This document shows, piece after piece, positions 49,611 through 58,965 of a stretch of 64,000 nucleotides of DNA. Origin of the DNA: Candidatus Aminicenantes bacterium (GTDB taxonomy: Bacteria; Acidobacteriota; Aminicenantia; Aminicenantales; UBA4085); the NCBI GenBank assembly GCA_026393895.1, contig JAPKZG010000043.1, forward strand, positions 7,761 to 71,760, written 5' to 3'. The position numbers and the translations under genes are program-made. Position 1 is the first letter of the stretch. Every line of letters starts with the position of its first letter. The notes beneath the pieces were generated by a model that saw only the letters and a program-made list of their open reading frames with translations, was not told the origin of the DNA and made no database searches.

Positions 49611-50061
49611 CCGATTCCCTCTGTTGGGCGGGCTGGTTTTCGGCCTCGTTCTCCCCTTGCTCCCGGCATCCCAGGAGACCCCGCCGCCGGCCCCGGAAAA
49701 GAGAACCACACCGCCCATCTTTTCCTACGACGCCGAAGGCCGCCGGGACCCGTTCAAGGACCTGTTCGGCGGAGAACAACTGCGGGGTAAGAAGGTCGTA
49801 ACCGGCCTAACCGACATGGATATCGACGATATCGCCTTGATGGGAATCGTCAAGGCCCAGGGCCACTTCGAAGCCGTCGTCGCGTTCGCGGACGGATTTC
49901 CACTGACCCTTCGCCAGGGTCAGAAACTCGCCGACGGCTACGTTTTATCCATCGAAGCCGAACAGGTCACATTCCGCAAAACCAGCGACAAAGGAATCCC
50001 GCTTTCAAAGCCCAAAGATATCGTAAAAGAGATCACGCCTGAGGAGCCAGCTCATGACTAA
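49600..50061 (+). CDS. pilP: type IV pilus assembly lipoprotein PilP
   Basis: signal peptide, Pro-rich linker, C-terminal beta domain; position between pilO and pilQ. Confidence 0.55.
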   Translation: MKSNRFPLLGGLVFGLVLPLLPASQETPPPAPEKRTTPPIFSYDAEGRRDPFKDLFGGEQLRGKKVVTGLTDMDIDDIALMGIVKAQGHFEAVVAFADGFPLTLRQGQKLADGYVLSIEAEQVTFRKTSDKGIPLSKPKDIVKEITPEEPAHD

Positions 50062-52471
50062 GACCAACATCCGGCTCACAACCCTTTTCGTCGGACTCGC
50101 GATTGCGGTCGCCGGGTTCTCCCAGACGGGATCCTCTCCCGCGTCGGTCCAGTTGACGATTCTGCCGACCCGGGTCAACGCGCGGGTGGTCCTGGACGGC
50201 GTCGCCCTCAGGGAGGGGATTTCTCCCGCGTACGCGGCGGGAAACGAGGTTGTACTCACGGCCGATCTCGCGAAAACCGCGGTTTTCGCGGCGGCCCCGC
50301 TGATTCCCGCCGACGAACCCCCGCTCGTCTTGGCGGTCCGGCTTCTTCCGGCCGCCAACGGCTGGACTTCGCTCGCCTTGACGCTGGCGGAACGGGTGCC
50401 GTTCCGCTATTGGACCGAGGGAACGAAAACGGTCATTGAATTGATCAAAATCCAACATGGCGGCGGAGATTACCTCATCGCGCCCGAGACAAAAGCGGAA
50501 CTCGACCGCACCGCACGCTCCGCCCAATCCCTCGCGATTTCGACGGACGCGGACAAGGGCGACCGGTTTGATTTCAGCGCCCGCCTGGGCCGCAAGGCGA
50601 TCGTCAACACGTTCGCCCTCGATAATCCGCTCCGCCTCGTCGTCGACGTCTTCGACGCCGTCCTGGGGCAGGCGCCCGCGGTCGTTTCCGTCGGCCGCCA
50701 CGGCGTCGAAAAAGTCAGAACCGGCCAATTCAAGGACGGCGATCCTTACTCGATCGCGAGGATCGTGTTTGAATTGAGGGAACCCCGAATGTTCGCCCTC
50801 GCCGGCGCGGCCAACGGGTTGAACGTCGTTTTCGCGGATGCGGTTGTCGCCGTTCCGGCTCCGCCGGTTCCCGTGGCCTCGACCGGAACGTTCAAACCGG
50901 CCGACGCTTCGGCGAAAACCGTGTCCGCCCCGCCGACGGTAACAATCATCCCGGTGAAAAACAGTCCTCCGCCCCCGGTGAAAATCGAAGCTAAAGCCGA
51001 AGCCCCCGCGACTGTCATCACTCCGCCTGTGGTCAGAGCGGAAATAAAAGCCGAAGTCAAACCGGTCGAGCGGGAGATCCCGGTAACGGTCGTCGCCCCT
51101 CCCGAACCCGCGAAAAAAGAGGATGTTCGGGCCGAAAGCCGGGAAGAGCAGGCCGAGGATATCCCCCCGCAAGTGGAAAAAGCCGCCTCCCGGACCATCC
51201 ATGATCCGGCGGAAAAATACAGCGGCGAACTGATCAGCCCGAAGTTCAAGGACGCCGACCTTCGCGACGTCATTCTCTGGCTGGGTGGGCGGGTCGGCCT
51301 GAACGTCATCATCGACCAGGATGTCCGGGGCCGGGTGACGGTCGCCTTCGAAGACGTCCCCTGGGATCAATTTCTCGATATGATCCTGAAAAACAACAAG
51401 CTCGGGCGGATACTCGAAGGCAACGTTCTCCGGATCGCGCCCCTCAACGTGCTGGCCGAGGAGGAAAAGGCTCAGTTGACCCTCATGAACGCGAGGGAAG
51501 CTTCCGGCCCGATCATAACCAAAACCTACAACCTCTCCTACGCCACGGCCCGGGAGGTTTTCGAGATCATCAAGAGCAAGAAGTCGCAGCGGGGCGACAT
51601 CGTCATCGATTCCCGGACGAACGCCCTGATCGTCTCCGACGTCCAGGAAAAAATCGACGTCATCGACCAGATCATCGTCACCCTGGACGCGGCCACCCCC
51701 CAGGTCACGATCGAGACGCGGATTGTCGAAGCGACTTCCTCGTTCGTCCGCAACTTGGGCATTCAATGGGGCTACCGGGCGATGGCCGATCCGTTCTATG
51801 GAAACCAGACCTCGCTTCAATTCCCGAACAAGATCTTGTCCGACGGGGCCTTGATCCCCAAGGGAACCGTCACCAAGGGCGTCGGCGGACCGCTCGGTGG
51901 GTACGCGGTCAATTTGCCGGCGGCGTCGTTCTCCACCGCCGTCGGTTTTTCCCTGGCCAATGTTCTGGACACGTTCCGCGTGGACATGGCCATCTCCGCC
52001 CTGGAGACGGAAGGCAGCGGCAAAATCATTTCGAGCCAGCGCGTGACCGCCCAGAACAACAAGGAAGCCTACATCAACCAAGGCCGCCAAATCCCCGTTC
52101 AAACAACGGCCAACTTCACCGTGACCACTCAATACGTCAACGCCGGCCTGGAACTCCGGGCCACGCCCCAGATCACGGCCGAAGGGACCATCATCATGAC
52201 CATCGACATCCAGAACAACGCGGCCGATTTCGGCAACCTGGTCAACGGGATTCCTCCGATCACGACCCAGAGCGCCAAAACGACGGTCATGGTTCCCGAC
52301 GGAGGAACGACGGTGATCGGCGGCATCTACCGGGTGGAAGATTCGATCACGAAGGAAAGGGTCCCCCTCCTTCACCAGATTCCCATCCTCGGGAATCTAT
52401 TCAAGAATCTGGCCAAGAACCGGACGAACCGGGAGCTTCTGATCTTCATCACCCCGAGGATCCAGAAATAG
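50054..52471 (+). CDS. pilQ: type IV pilus secretin PilQ with N-terminal AMIN domains and Pro/Ala/Val/Lys-rich linker
   Basis: 805 aa; secretin C-terminus GGTTVIGGIYRVEDSITKERVPLLHQIPILGNLFKN...LLIFITPRI. Confidence 0.9.
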   Translation: MTKTNIRLTTLFVGLAIAVAGFSQTGSSPASVQLTILPTRVNARVVLDGVALREGISPAYAAGNEVVLTADLAKTAVFAAAPLIPADEPPLVLAVRLLPAANGWTSLALTLAERVPFRYWTEGTKTVIELIKIQHGGGDYLIAPETKAELDRTARSAQSLAISTDADKGDRFDFSARLGRKAIVNTFALDNPLRLVVDVFDAVLGQAPAVVSVGRHGVEKVRTGQFKDGDPYSIARIVFELREPRMFALAGAANGLNVVFADAVVAVPAPPVPVASTGTFKPADASAKTVSAPPTVTIIPVKNSPPPPVKIEAKAEAPATVITPPVVRAEIKAEVKPVEREIPVTVVAPPEPAKKEDVRAESREEQAEDIPPQVEKAASRTIHDPAEKYSGELISPKFKDADLRDVILWLGGRVGLNVIIDQDVRGRVTVAFEDVPWDQFLDMILKNNKLGRILEGNVLRIAPLNVLAEEEKAQLTLMNAREASGPIITKTYNLSYATAREVFEIIKSKKSQRGDIVIDSRTNALIVSDVQEKIDVIDQIIVTLDAATPQVTIETRIVEATSSFVRNLGIQWGYRAMADPFYGNQTSLQFPNKILSDGALIPKGTVTKGVGGPLGGYAVNLPAASFSTAVGFSLANVLDTFRVDMAISALETEGSGKIISSQRVTAQNNKEAYINQGRQIPVQTTANFTVTTQYVNAGLELRATPQITAEGTIIMTIDIQNNAADFGNLVNGIPPITTQSAKTTVMVPDGGTTVIGGIYRVEDSITKERVPLLHQIPILGNLFKNLAKNRTNRELLIFITPRIQK

Positions 52472-52481
52472 GAGGCCGACG

Positions 52482-53096
52482 ATGCGACATTCTCCATTTT
52501 TTACGCGGACAATCCGGGTCCTTGTTTTATCGGGTCTCGCCTTCGCCCTGGCCGCTTGCAACCCGCTGGAAAACGAGACCCTGTCCATGAGCCAGCTTAT
52601 CATCCTCAGTCTGAGAGGAATAGACGCGACAGGGAAAGCCGCGGATTACGTCCAATCGGATGTGCTCTATGAAAACTCGACGACGGGAGTGACTTCGATC
52701 ATCGCCGACGTCGCCACCGCGTCCCTGACCGCCCAAATGCTCGATCCCGATCCGATCACGGGGGTTTCTCCTTACGCTGATGTTCAATTGACGGGTTATA
52801 CGGTCACGTTCTACCGGGCGGACGGACATAATACTCCGGGCGTGGACGTCCCTTATCCCTTCGAAGGGGATTTGAACACGCTCGTCAAGGTGGGAAGCAC
52901 GGCCACGGTCGGCTTCATCATCGTCCGGGAATCGGCCAAACAGGAATCGCCTCTCATCGACATTCTCCAGTCGGGGAGCCGGGCGGAAGCCTTCACGGCC
53001 ACGGCTCAAGTCGACTTCTACGGCCACGACCTCACGGGCGCGGAGGTCAAGGCGACCGGATTCATATCGGTCACGTTTGCGAATTACGCGAATTGA
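52482..53096 (+). CDS. lipoprotein of unknown function downstream of pilQ
   Basis: lipobox LAACN; 10 bp after pilQ stop. Confidence 0.55.
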   Translation: MRHSPFFTRTIRVLVLSGLAFALAACNPLENETLSMSQLIILSLRGIDATGKAADYVQSDVLYENSTTGVTSIIADVATASLTAQMLDPDPITGVSPYADVQLTGYTVTFYRADGHNTPGVDVPYPFEGDLNTLVKVGSTATVGFIIVRESAKQESPLIDILQSGSRAEAFTATAQVDFYGHDLTGAEVKATGFISVTFANYAN

Positions 53097-53110
53097 CGAG
53101 GAGGACCATC

Positions 53111-53563
53111 ATGCCCCGATTCCGTGTTTCGAAAATCACCGGGTTGATCCTCCTCGCCGCCCTGGCCGCGGGTTGCCAGCGGACGGCGACTCCGGGGCCC
53201 TCTCCGGTGGGCCCTTCGACCTTCGCCTTGACGTTCACGCTCGTCGCCGACCCCAATATCATCATGGCGGGGACGGCGCGGCCGACCTCGGTCATCCGAG
53301 CCGTCGTCACCGAAAACGGCGAAGCCGCGTTCAACCGGACCGTCTTTTTCACGATTACCGCCGGCCCCGGAGAATTCCCCAATTTCTCCCAGCGGGCGGC
53401 CGTCACGACCGACTGGAACGGAATCGCCTCCGTCACGTACACCGGGCCGACGAAATTTGAAATCGAGGCGGACACGACAGCGACCATCATGGGCCAGCTT
53501 GAAACATCGTCCCCCCAAATCATCGCTAAGACGGTTACCGTAACGATTTTGTTCAGCGAATAA
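53111..53563 (+). CDS. lipoprotein of unknown function, beta-sandwich-like (Thr/Val-rich strands)
   Basis: RBS gaggagg then ATG 53111 (the ORF track begins at TTG 53093); lipobox LAAGC. Confidence 0.55.
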   Translation: MPRFRVSKITGLILLAALAAGCQRTATPGPSPVGPSTFALTFTLVADPNIIMAGTARPTSVIRAVVTENGEAAFNRTVFFTITAGPGEFPNFSQRAAVTTDWNGIASVTYTGPTKFEIEADTTATIMGQLETSSPQIIAKTVTVTILFSE

Positions 53564-55505
53564 ATCCGTCGTGTCGAACGACCGTGGCGGGCAGTCCGAC
53601 ATCCCGAAGACCGGCCGTCAATAATCCGGTAATCGCGGCGGCCGATTCCGCGCGCAATTCCAGCTGAACCCGCTTGATCCCCGGCCTTCCCGCTTCCGAA
53701 GCGAAGGAAGGACCGAGGACTTCGACCTTCGGCCCGAATTTCCTCCAACGCTCGGCCAGGATCCGGGATTTCCGCCCGAGCAGACGGACGTCCCGTCCGT
53801 TCAAGACGACCTCCGCCTTGGCCGTATATGGGGGCTGCCCGAGAAGGCGACGCAGTTCGATCTCCTCGGAGAAAAACGCCTCGAAATCCGCTCGGGAAGC
53901 GGCCCGGATACCGTAGTGATCCGGAAACCCCGTTTGGATGACGACCCCGCGCCGCTTACTGCCGGGACGGGTAAAACGGATCATCCGGATCAGCAATTGA
54001 AAGGTCCGCTCCGGCGCAAGAAAATCGGGGAAGGCCAACCCGGCCTCGGGATGAAAAATCCCGACGAAATCCGCCGGCGGAAGATCCGCCTGTCGAACCA
54101 GCAGCTGCGTCCCGATCAGAATATCCACTCGTCCGCGGCCGTACGCCCCGAGGATTTTGACCCGGTCGGCGGCCCGACCGGCCCGGTCCCGGTCGAAAAC
54201 GGCGAGGCGGGCCCCGGGAAAAACGGTTTTCAGTTCCTCCTCGAGCGCCTCCACTCCCCCGCCCCGGGGCTCCAGGACGCGGTGCCCGCAGGAAGGACAG
54301 GCGCTCGGCCGTTTTTCTTCCGTTCCGCAGGCGTGACAGACCAGCCGGTCGTTCTTTTTATGATAGGGCAAAACCGACCCGCATTTGCCGCAACGCGGGA
54401 TGAACCCGCAACGGGGACAAAAAAGAAGCGACGCGTATCCGCGCCGGTTGAGGAAAACGACCGTCCGGCCGCCGGCGGCCAAGCACCCCGCGATCCCCTC
54501 CCGCATCGCCCGGGTCAAAACGTCTTTTTCGGCCGCTTCATCGGATACGCGAACGAGGGGCGCGGGGTCCTCCCCGCCGAGAATCCGTAGCGATCCGTCC
54601 GCCCGGGCCCGGGCATACGACCCCACGGTCGGCGCGCCCGCGACGTACACGACGACGGCGTTTTCCTCCTCCGCCCGAAACAACGCCCCGCGCCGGACAT
54701 CATAGGAGGGAGAATCCGCTTGAAAATGCGATTCATCCGATTCGTCCTCGACGATGATCAACCCGATTCCGGGCCACGGCTTGAATAACGCCGAGCGGGA
54801 CCCAAGAATGATCCGGGCTTCACCCCGGCTCACCCTGTCCCATTCCGCTGCTTGGGATCGCGGAGTCATCCGTCCATGAAGAAGCGCGGGGGCCGTCCCC
54901 AAGGCGGCCTGAAGATGAAAACGAAGGTCCCCGGTCCGAGCGATATCGGGGAGAAGGACGAGGACATTGCGGGAATGGTCGAGGGCTTGACGGGAGGCCT
55001 CAGTGATCATCGCCCGGCGGGCGCCCCGACCTCCCCAGACTAGGAATTCGGCGTGTTCGCCTGCTCCGATTTTACGGCCGATTTCGGCTGCAGCCGAGGC
55101 GACGGCCGAAGTCGTCTCCAGGTCGAGCTCCAGTTGTTCCGCGGCCTCCGGTTCGTTGCGGGAAGTTCGCCGCTTGAGCGGAGGCGCGGGCGGCGGCGGA
55201 AGGGCCAGGCCGAGCAGCGCGCCCCAGCTTGAGGCTTGGTATTCGGCGAGTTTCCGGGTGAACTCGAGGATCGAAGGCGGCAGGATGGGAGACGCGTCCA
55301 GGACCGAGGCGATGTCCTTGACGGCCGTTCTCTCGTCCGGCGGTTCGTCGTGGACCCGGACGACGACGCCGGCCGCGGTTTGCCGGCCGAGCGAGGCCTT
55401 CACCCGGACGCCGGGCTGCACCCGGCCGGACAGGTCGTCCGGAACGGCATACGTATAGTTCCGAAGAAGGGGCCGCGGAAACGCGACATCGACGAACAGG
55501 GTCAA
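53553..55505 (-). CDS. priA: primosomal protein N' (PriA helicase)
   Basis: 650 aa; 3'-DNA-binding N-domain, helicase core, Cys-rich zinc-binding region CPRCGFIPRCGKCGSVLPYH...CHACG...CPSCG. Confidence 0.85.
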   Translation of the reverse strand: MTLFVDVAFPRPLLRNYTYAVPDDLSGRVQPGVRVKASLGRQTAAGVVVRVHDEPPDERTAVKDIASVLDASPILPPSILEFTRKLAEYQASSWGALLGLALPPPPAPPLKRRTSRNEPEAAEQLELDLETTSAVASAAAEIGRKIGAGEHAEFLVWGGRGARRAMITEASRQALDHSRNVLVLLPDIARTGDLRFHLQAALGTAPALLHGRMTPRSQAAEWDRVSRGEARIILGSRSALFKPWPGIGLIIVEDESDESHFQADSPSYDVRRGALFRAEEENAVVVYVAGAPTVGSYARARADGSLRILGGEDPAPLVRVSDEAAEKDVLTRAMREGIAGCLAAGGRTVVFLNRRGYASLLFCPRCGFIPRCGKCGSVLPYHKKNDRLVCHACGTEEKRPSACPSCGHRVLEPRGGGVEALEEELKTVFPGARLAVFDRDRAGRAADRVKILGAYGRGRVDILIGTQLLVRQADLPPADFVGIFHPEAGLAFPDFLAPERTFQLLIRMIRFTRPGSKRRGVVIQTGFPDHYGIRAASRADFEAFFSEEIELRRLLGQPPYTAKAEVVLNGRDVRLLGRKSRILAERWRKFGPKVEVLGPSFASEAGRPGIKRVQLELRAESAAAITGLLTAGLRDVGLPATVVRHDGFIR

Positions 55506-56281
55506 TCTCCGCGAAGGAAGGCCATCACCTTCTGCATGTCATTCCAGACCATCCTTTTGATCTCCTTGTTTCCCTCATTCCGGATCAAATAGGAGGGATG
55601 GAAGGTGGGCATGATCGGTAGGCCGTGCCACTCCTGAAAATTCCCCCGGATCATGCCCATGGCCTTGACGTCCGGCAGGAAAAAATCGACGGCCGTCTTC
55701 CCCAGGGTCACGATGACCCGGGGACGGAGGACGGAGATCTGTTCGAGCAAAAAGGGGGCGCAGGTCTCGGCCTCCTCCCGGTGCGGGACGCGGTTTTCGG
55801 GAGGGCGGCATTTGACGACGTTGGCGATGAAGACCTCGGACCGGTCATATCCCATAGCCTGGATGATCTTCGTCAGAAGCTGGCCGGCCCGGCCGACAAA
55901 CGGGCGGCCCTGGACGTCTTCATCATGGCCCGGCCCTTCCCCGACAAAGAGGAGGGGCGATTTCGGGTTGCCTTCCCCGGGGACCGCCAGGGTGCGGCCG
56001 GCAGCCAATCCGCATTTCCGGCAGGTCCGGACCTCGGCGGCGATGTCCTCCAGAGTCCGGGCGGAACGGGGCAGGTCCAAACCCGATTCTCCGGCGGGAC
56101 CGGACGGCCCGGATCCGGGAACGTTCGTCCCATAATCGGAGCGGACGTCCGCCATGCGCGGTCCTTCGGGCCGGGCGGCGCGACGGGGCGCCTCTGATTT
56201 GAAAACAAATCCGGCCCCGATTTCCTCAAAGAACCGGATTCGGTCGGCCAGGTCTGAAAACGGCTTACTTTTTTTGTCCAC
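55502..56281 (-). CDS. uracil-DNA glycosylase, family 4 (4Fe-4S type)
   Basis: CRKCGL...GEGPG motif, Cys ligands; ATGA overlap with priA. Confidence 0.8.
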   Translation of the reverse strand: MDKKSKPFSDLADRIRFFEEIGAGFVFKSEAPRRAARPEGPRMADVRSDYGTNVPGSGPSGPAGESGLDLPRSARTLEDIAAEVRTCRKCGLAAGRTLAVPGEGNPKSPLLFVGEGPGHDEDVQGRPFVGRAGQLLTKIIQAMGYDRSEVFIANVVKCRPPENRVPHREEAETCAPFLLEQISVLRPRVIVTLGKTAVDFFLPDVKAMGMIRGNFQEWHGLPIMPTFHPSYLIRNEGNKEIKRMVWNDMQKVMAFLRGD

Positions 56282-57461
56282 GAAGTCCCTCGACGGCGTC
56301 CCAGATCACGGCGGCCAACGCCCGTTTGCTCAGTACGTCCGTTTTCCGGGACCGGCCCCGGCGGTCGGTCAGAACGGCCTGGTTGGCGTCGGCGTCGAAA
56401 CCGATCCCTTCCCGGGAGACATCGTTGGCGACGATCAAGTCGAGGTTTTTCTCCCGGATTTTTTTGCGCGCGGCCGCGGCGGCGGCGTTCGTTTCCGCCG
56501 CGAATCCGACGAGGGTTTGACCGGGACGCTTCCGTTCGCCCAACCCCTTGAGGATGTCGGGGGTGCGAACGATATCCAGGCTGGTTTTTAAGCCTTCTTT
56601 CTTGATTTTCCGGACGGCCGGCGCGGCAAAGGTGAAATCGGCGACGGCCGCGGCCATGACCGTGACGTCGGCCTTGGAAAACCGCTTGTCGACGGCCGCT
56701 TTCATCTCGGCGGCGGAAACAACCCGGACGACTTCAATCCCCGGAGGCGGAGCGATCGTGACGGGTCCGGTGACCAGGACGACCTCGGCCCCGCGCCGTC
56801 GGGCTTCCCGGGCGATCTCAAAACCCATTTTCCCCGAAGACCGGTTGCTCAGGTAGCGAACGGGGTCCATCGCTTCGCGGGTCGGACCGGCCGTGACCAG
56901 GACTTTTTTGCCTTGAAGGCTCGAGCCGCGACAGAGGAGTTCCAACCCCCGGGCGACGATCAGATTCGGGTCGGCCAGGCGGCCCATCCCTTCGTCGCCG
57001 CAAGCCAGATAACCGCCCGCGGGGTCGACAAATTCGACGCCGCGTTCCCGGAGACGCCGGACATTGTCCTGCGTCTGAGGATGGATCCACATGGCCTCGT
57101 TCATCGCCGGAGCGATGAGAATCGGCGCCTGGACGGCCAGATAAAAGGTGGACAGGAAATCGTCAGCCAGGCCCTGGGCGAACTTGGCCAGGATATTGGC
57201 GGTGGCCGGGGCGACGACGAAAAGGCCGATCTCCTTGGCCAGGGCGACGTGGGCAACGGACCAGGCGTTCTGGTCGTCAAACAATTCGACGATCGTCCGG
57301 CGCCCGGACAGAGCATTGAACAGGGCTGGAGGAATCAGCGCCGTCGCGTTCTTTGTTTCGATGACCTGCACCTCATGGCCTTCCTTCTGGAACTCGCGCA
57401 GGATTTCGCAGGCCTTGTAGATGCTGACGGAGGACGTGACGCCCAACGAGATTTTAGCCAT
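56265..57461 (-). CDS. coaBC: bifunctional phosphopantothenoylcysteine decarboxylase / phosphopantothenate-cysteine ligase
   Basis: 398 aa; flavoprotein N-domain and DFP C-domain motifs. Confidence 0.9.
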   Translation of the reverse strand: MAKISLGVTSSVSIYKACEILREFQKEGHEVQVIETKNATALIPPALFNALSGRRTIVELFDDQNAWSVAHVALAKEIGLFVVAPATANILAKFAQGLADDFLSTFYLAVQAPILIAPAMNEAMWIHPQTQDNVRRLRERGVEFVDPAGGYLACGDEGMGRLADPNLIVARGLELLCRGSSLQGKKVLVTAGPTREAMDPVRYLSNRSSGKMGFEIAREARRRGAEVVLVTGPVTIAPPPGIEVVRVVSAAEMKAAVDKRFSKADVTVMAAAVADFTFAAPAVRKIKKEGLKTSLDIVRTPDILKGLGERKRPGQTLVGFAAETNAAAAAARKKIREKNLDLIVANDVSREGIGFDADANQAVLTDRRGRSRKTDVLSKRALAAVIWDAVEGLRGQKK

Positions 57462-57467
57462 GGGACT

Positions 57468-58076
57468 TCACCTTTTCGGGGAGGAAAACGACCTCAGGAT
57501 CGATCGGATCGTCTGATCCTGGACGTCCGTCCGGCACCGGGCCGCAAGGACGATCGCCTCGAATTCGAGGATGGCCCGGTTCAACCGGTCGTTGATGATC
57601 GCGTAATCGAACGACGGCGCCTCGCGGATCTCCCGCTTGGCGTTGTCCAGCCGGCGGCGGATGGCCGCGGGATCGTCCTCTCCCCGGTCGATCAGCCGCT
57701 TCCGCAAATCCGCAGCCCGGGGCGGCAGGACAAAGACGAAAATCGCGTCCTTCCGGCACTTCCGGATCGATCGCGCCCCCTGGACGTCAACGTCGAGAAT
57801 CAGGTCGCCGTCCCTCGTTTTGGCCGCAACCTCTTTTTTCGAAGTGCCGTAGAGATTGCCGTGGACCTCGGCCCATTCCAGGAACATGTTCCGGGCAACC
57901 ATCCGCTTGAATTCCGCCTTCGAGACAAAATGATACTCCCGGCCGTCCACTTCCGAAGGGCGGCGGGGGCGGGTCGTGTGCGACACCGAAAACTGGATGT
58001 TCCGCAAATCCTTCAAGAGATGGTTGAGGATCGTCGACTTTCCGCAACCCGAAGGTCCCGTCAGGACAAACAACAC
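57468..58076 (-). CDS. gmk: guanylate kinase
   Basis: P-loop GPSGCGKST, SHTTRPRR. Confidence 0.9.
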   Translation of the reverse strand: MLFVLTGPSGCGKSTILNHLLKDLRNIQFSVSHTTRPRRPSEVDGREYHFVSKAEFKRMVARNMFLEWAEVHGNLYGTSKKEVAAKTRDGDLILDVDVQGARSIRKCRKDAIFVFVLPPRAADLRKRLIDRGEDDPAAIRRRLDNAKREIREAPSFDYAIINDRLNRAILEFEAIVLAARCRTDVQDQTIRSILRSFSSPKR

Positions 58077-58086
58077 GGCCGCCTCC

Positions 58087-58965
58087 TCATTCGATATTTT
58101 GAACCTGCTGGCGAATGCTTTCCACTTCGCCCTTGATGATCAATCCTTCGCGGGTTACGCCGATCTCCTGGGACTTGGAATTCAGGGTGTTCGCCTCCCG
58201 GGTGAATTCCTGGGCTAGAAAATCGAGCATTTTTCCGGCCGGTTCGGCGTTTTTGGCGGCCAGAAGATCGCGGGTCGCGTCCAAATGGTGCTTGAGACGG
58301 GCGATTTCCTCGGCGACGTCGTATCGCTGGGAAAGATACGCCACCTCCTCGGCCATCCGCTCTTTGGAATTCGAGCCCGCGCCGTTGGCTTCGGCCAGGC
58401 GGACTTGAAGTTTTTTACGCAGCGCCCGGGGCTGCTTCTTGATCAGAGCTCCCACCCGGCCGACCGACGCACTGACGTTTCGCAGATGCACCTGCAGGGC
58501 GAGATTGATTTTCCGTCCTTCGGCCCGGCGGGATTTGATGAGTTCGTCCAGGGTCTTTTTGAATCCGGCGATGATCAATTCGGCCTCGGCCGGCGTGAAA
58601 TCCTTCCTCCGGAGCTCGATCAGCTGGGGAATCCGGAACATGTTGTCCAGGCCGAAGGCGAGGTCTTTCCCCGACCGGGCGGCGACCCGGCCGTAGGCCG
58701 CGAGAATTTTTTCGAGCAGGCCCTCGTTAATGACGACGTCCCAACTCCCGGGGTCGGGGAAGACCATGTCGATCGTCGCCTCGACCCGGCCGCGGTGGAT
58801 TTTTTCCTGGCAGACCGCCCGGAGCCGGTTTTCGATTTCCCCGAGCGGGGCGCCTTTATAGGACCAGTCGAAAAAGCGGTGGTTCAGACTTTTCAAGCTG
58901 ATTTTGACGCGCAAGGTCTTCGCCGAAAAGCTATTCTCGGCGAACCCGGTCATGCTTTGAATCAT
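58087..58965 (-). CDS. yicC: YicC/YloC family stress-induced protein
   Basis: start MIQSMTGFA at ATG 58965..58963 (characteristic YicC N-terminus); the long upstream ORF extension is R/P-rich junk overlapping the next gene. Confidence 0.8.
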   Translation of the reverse strand: MIQSMTGFAENSFSAKTLRVKISLKSLNHRFFDWSYKGAPLGEIENRLRAVCQEKIHRGRVEATIDMVFPDPGSWDVVINEGLLEKILAAYGRVAARSGKDLAFGLDNMFRIPQLIELRRKDFTPAEAELIIAGFKKTLDELIKSRRAEGRKINLALQVHLRNVSASVGRVGALIKKQPRALRKKLQVRLAEANGAGSNSKERMAEEVAYLSQRYDVAEEIARLKHHLDATRDLLAAKNAEPAGKMLDFLAQEFTREANTLNSKSQEIGVTREGLIIKGEVESIRQQVQNIE

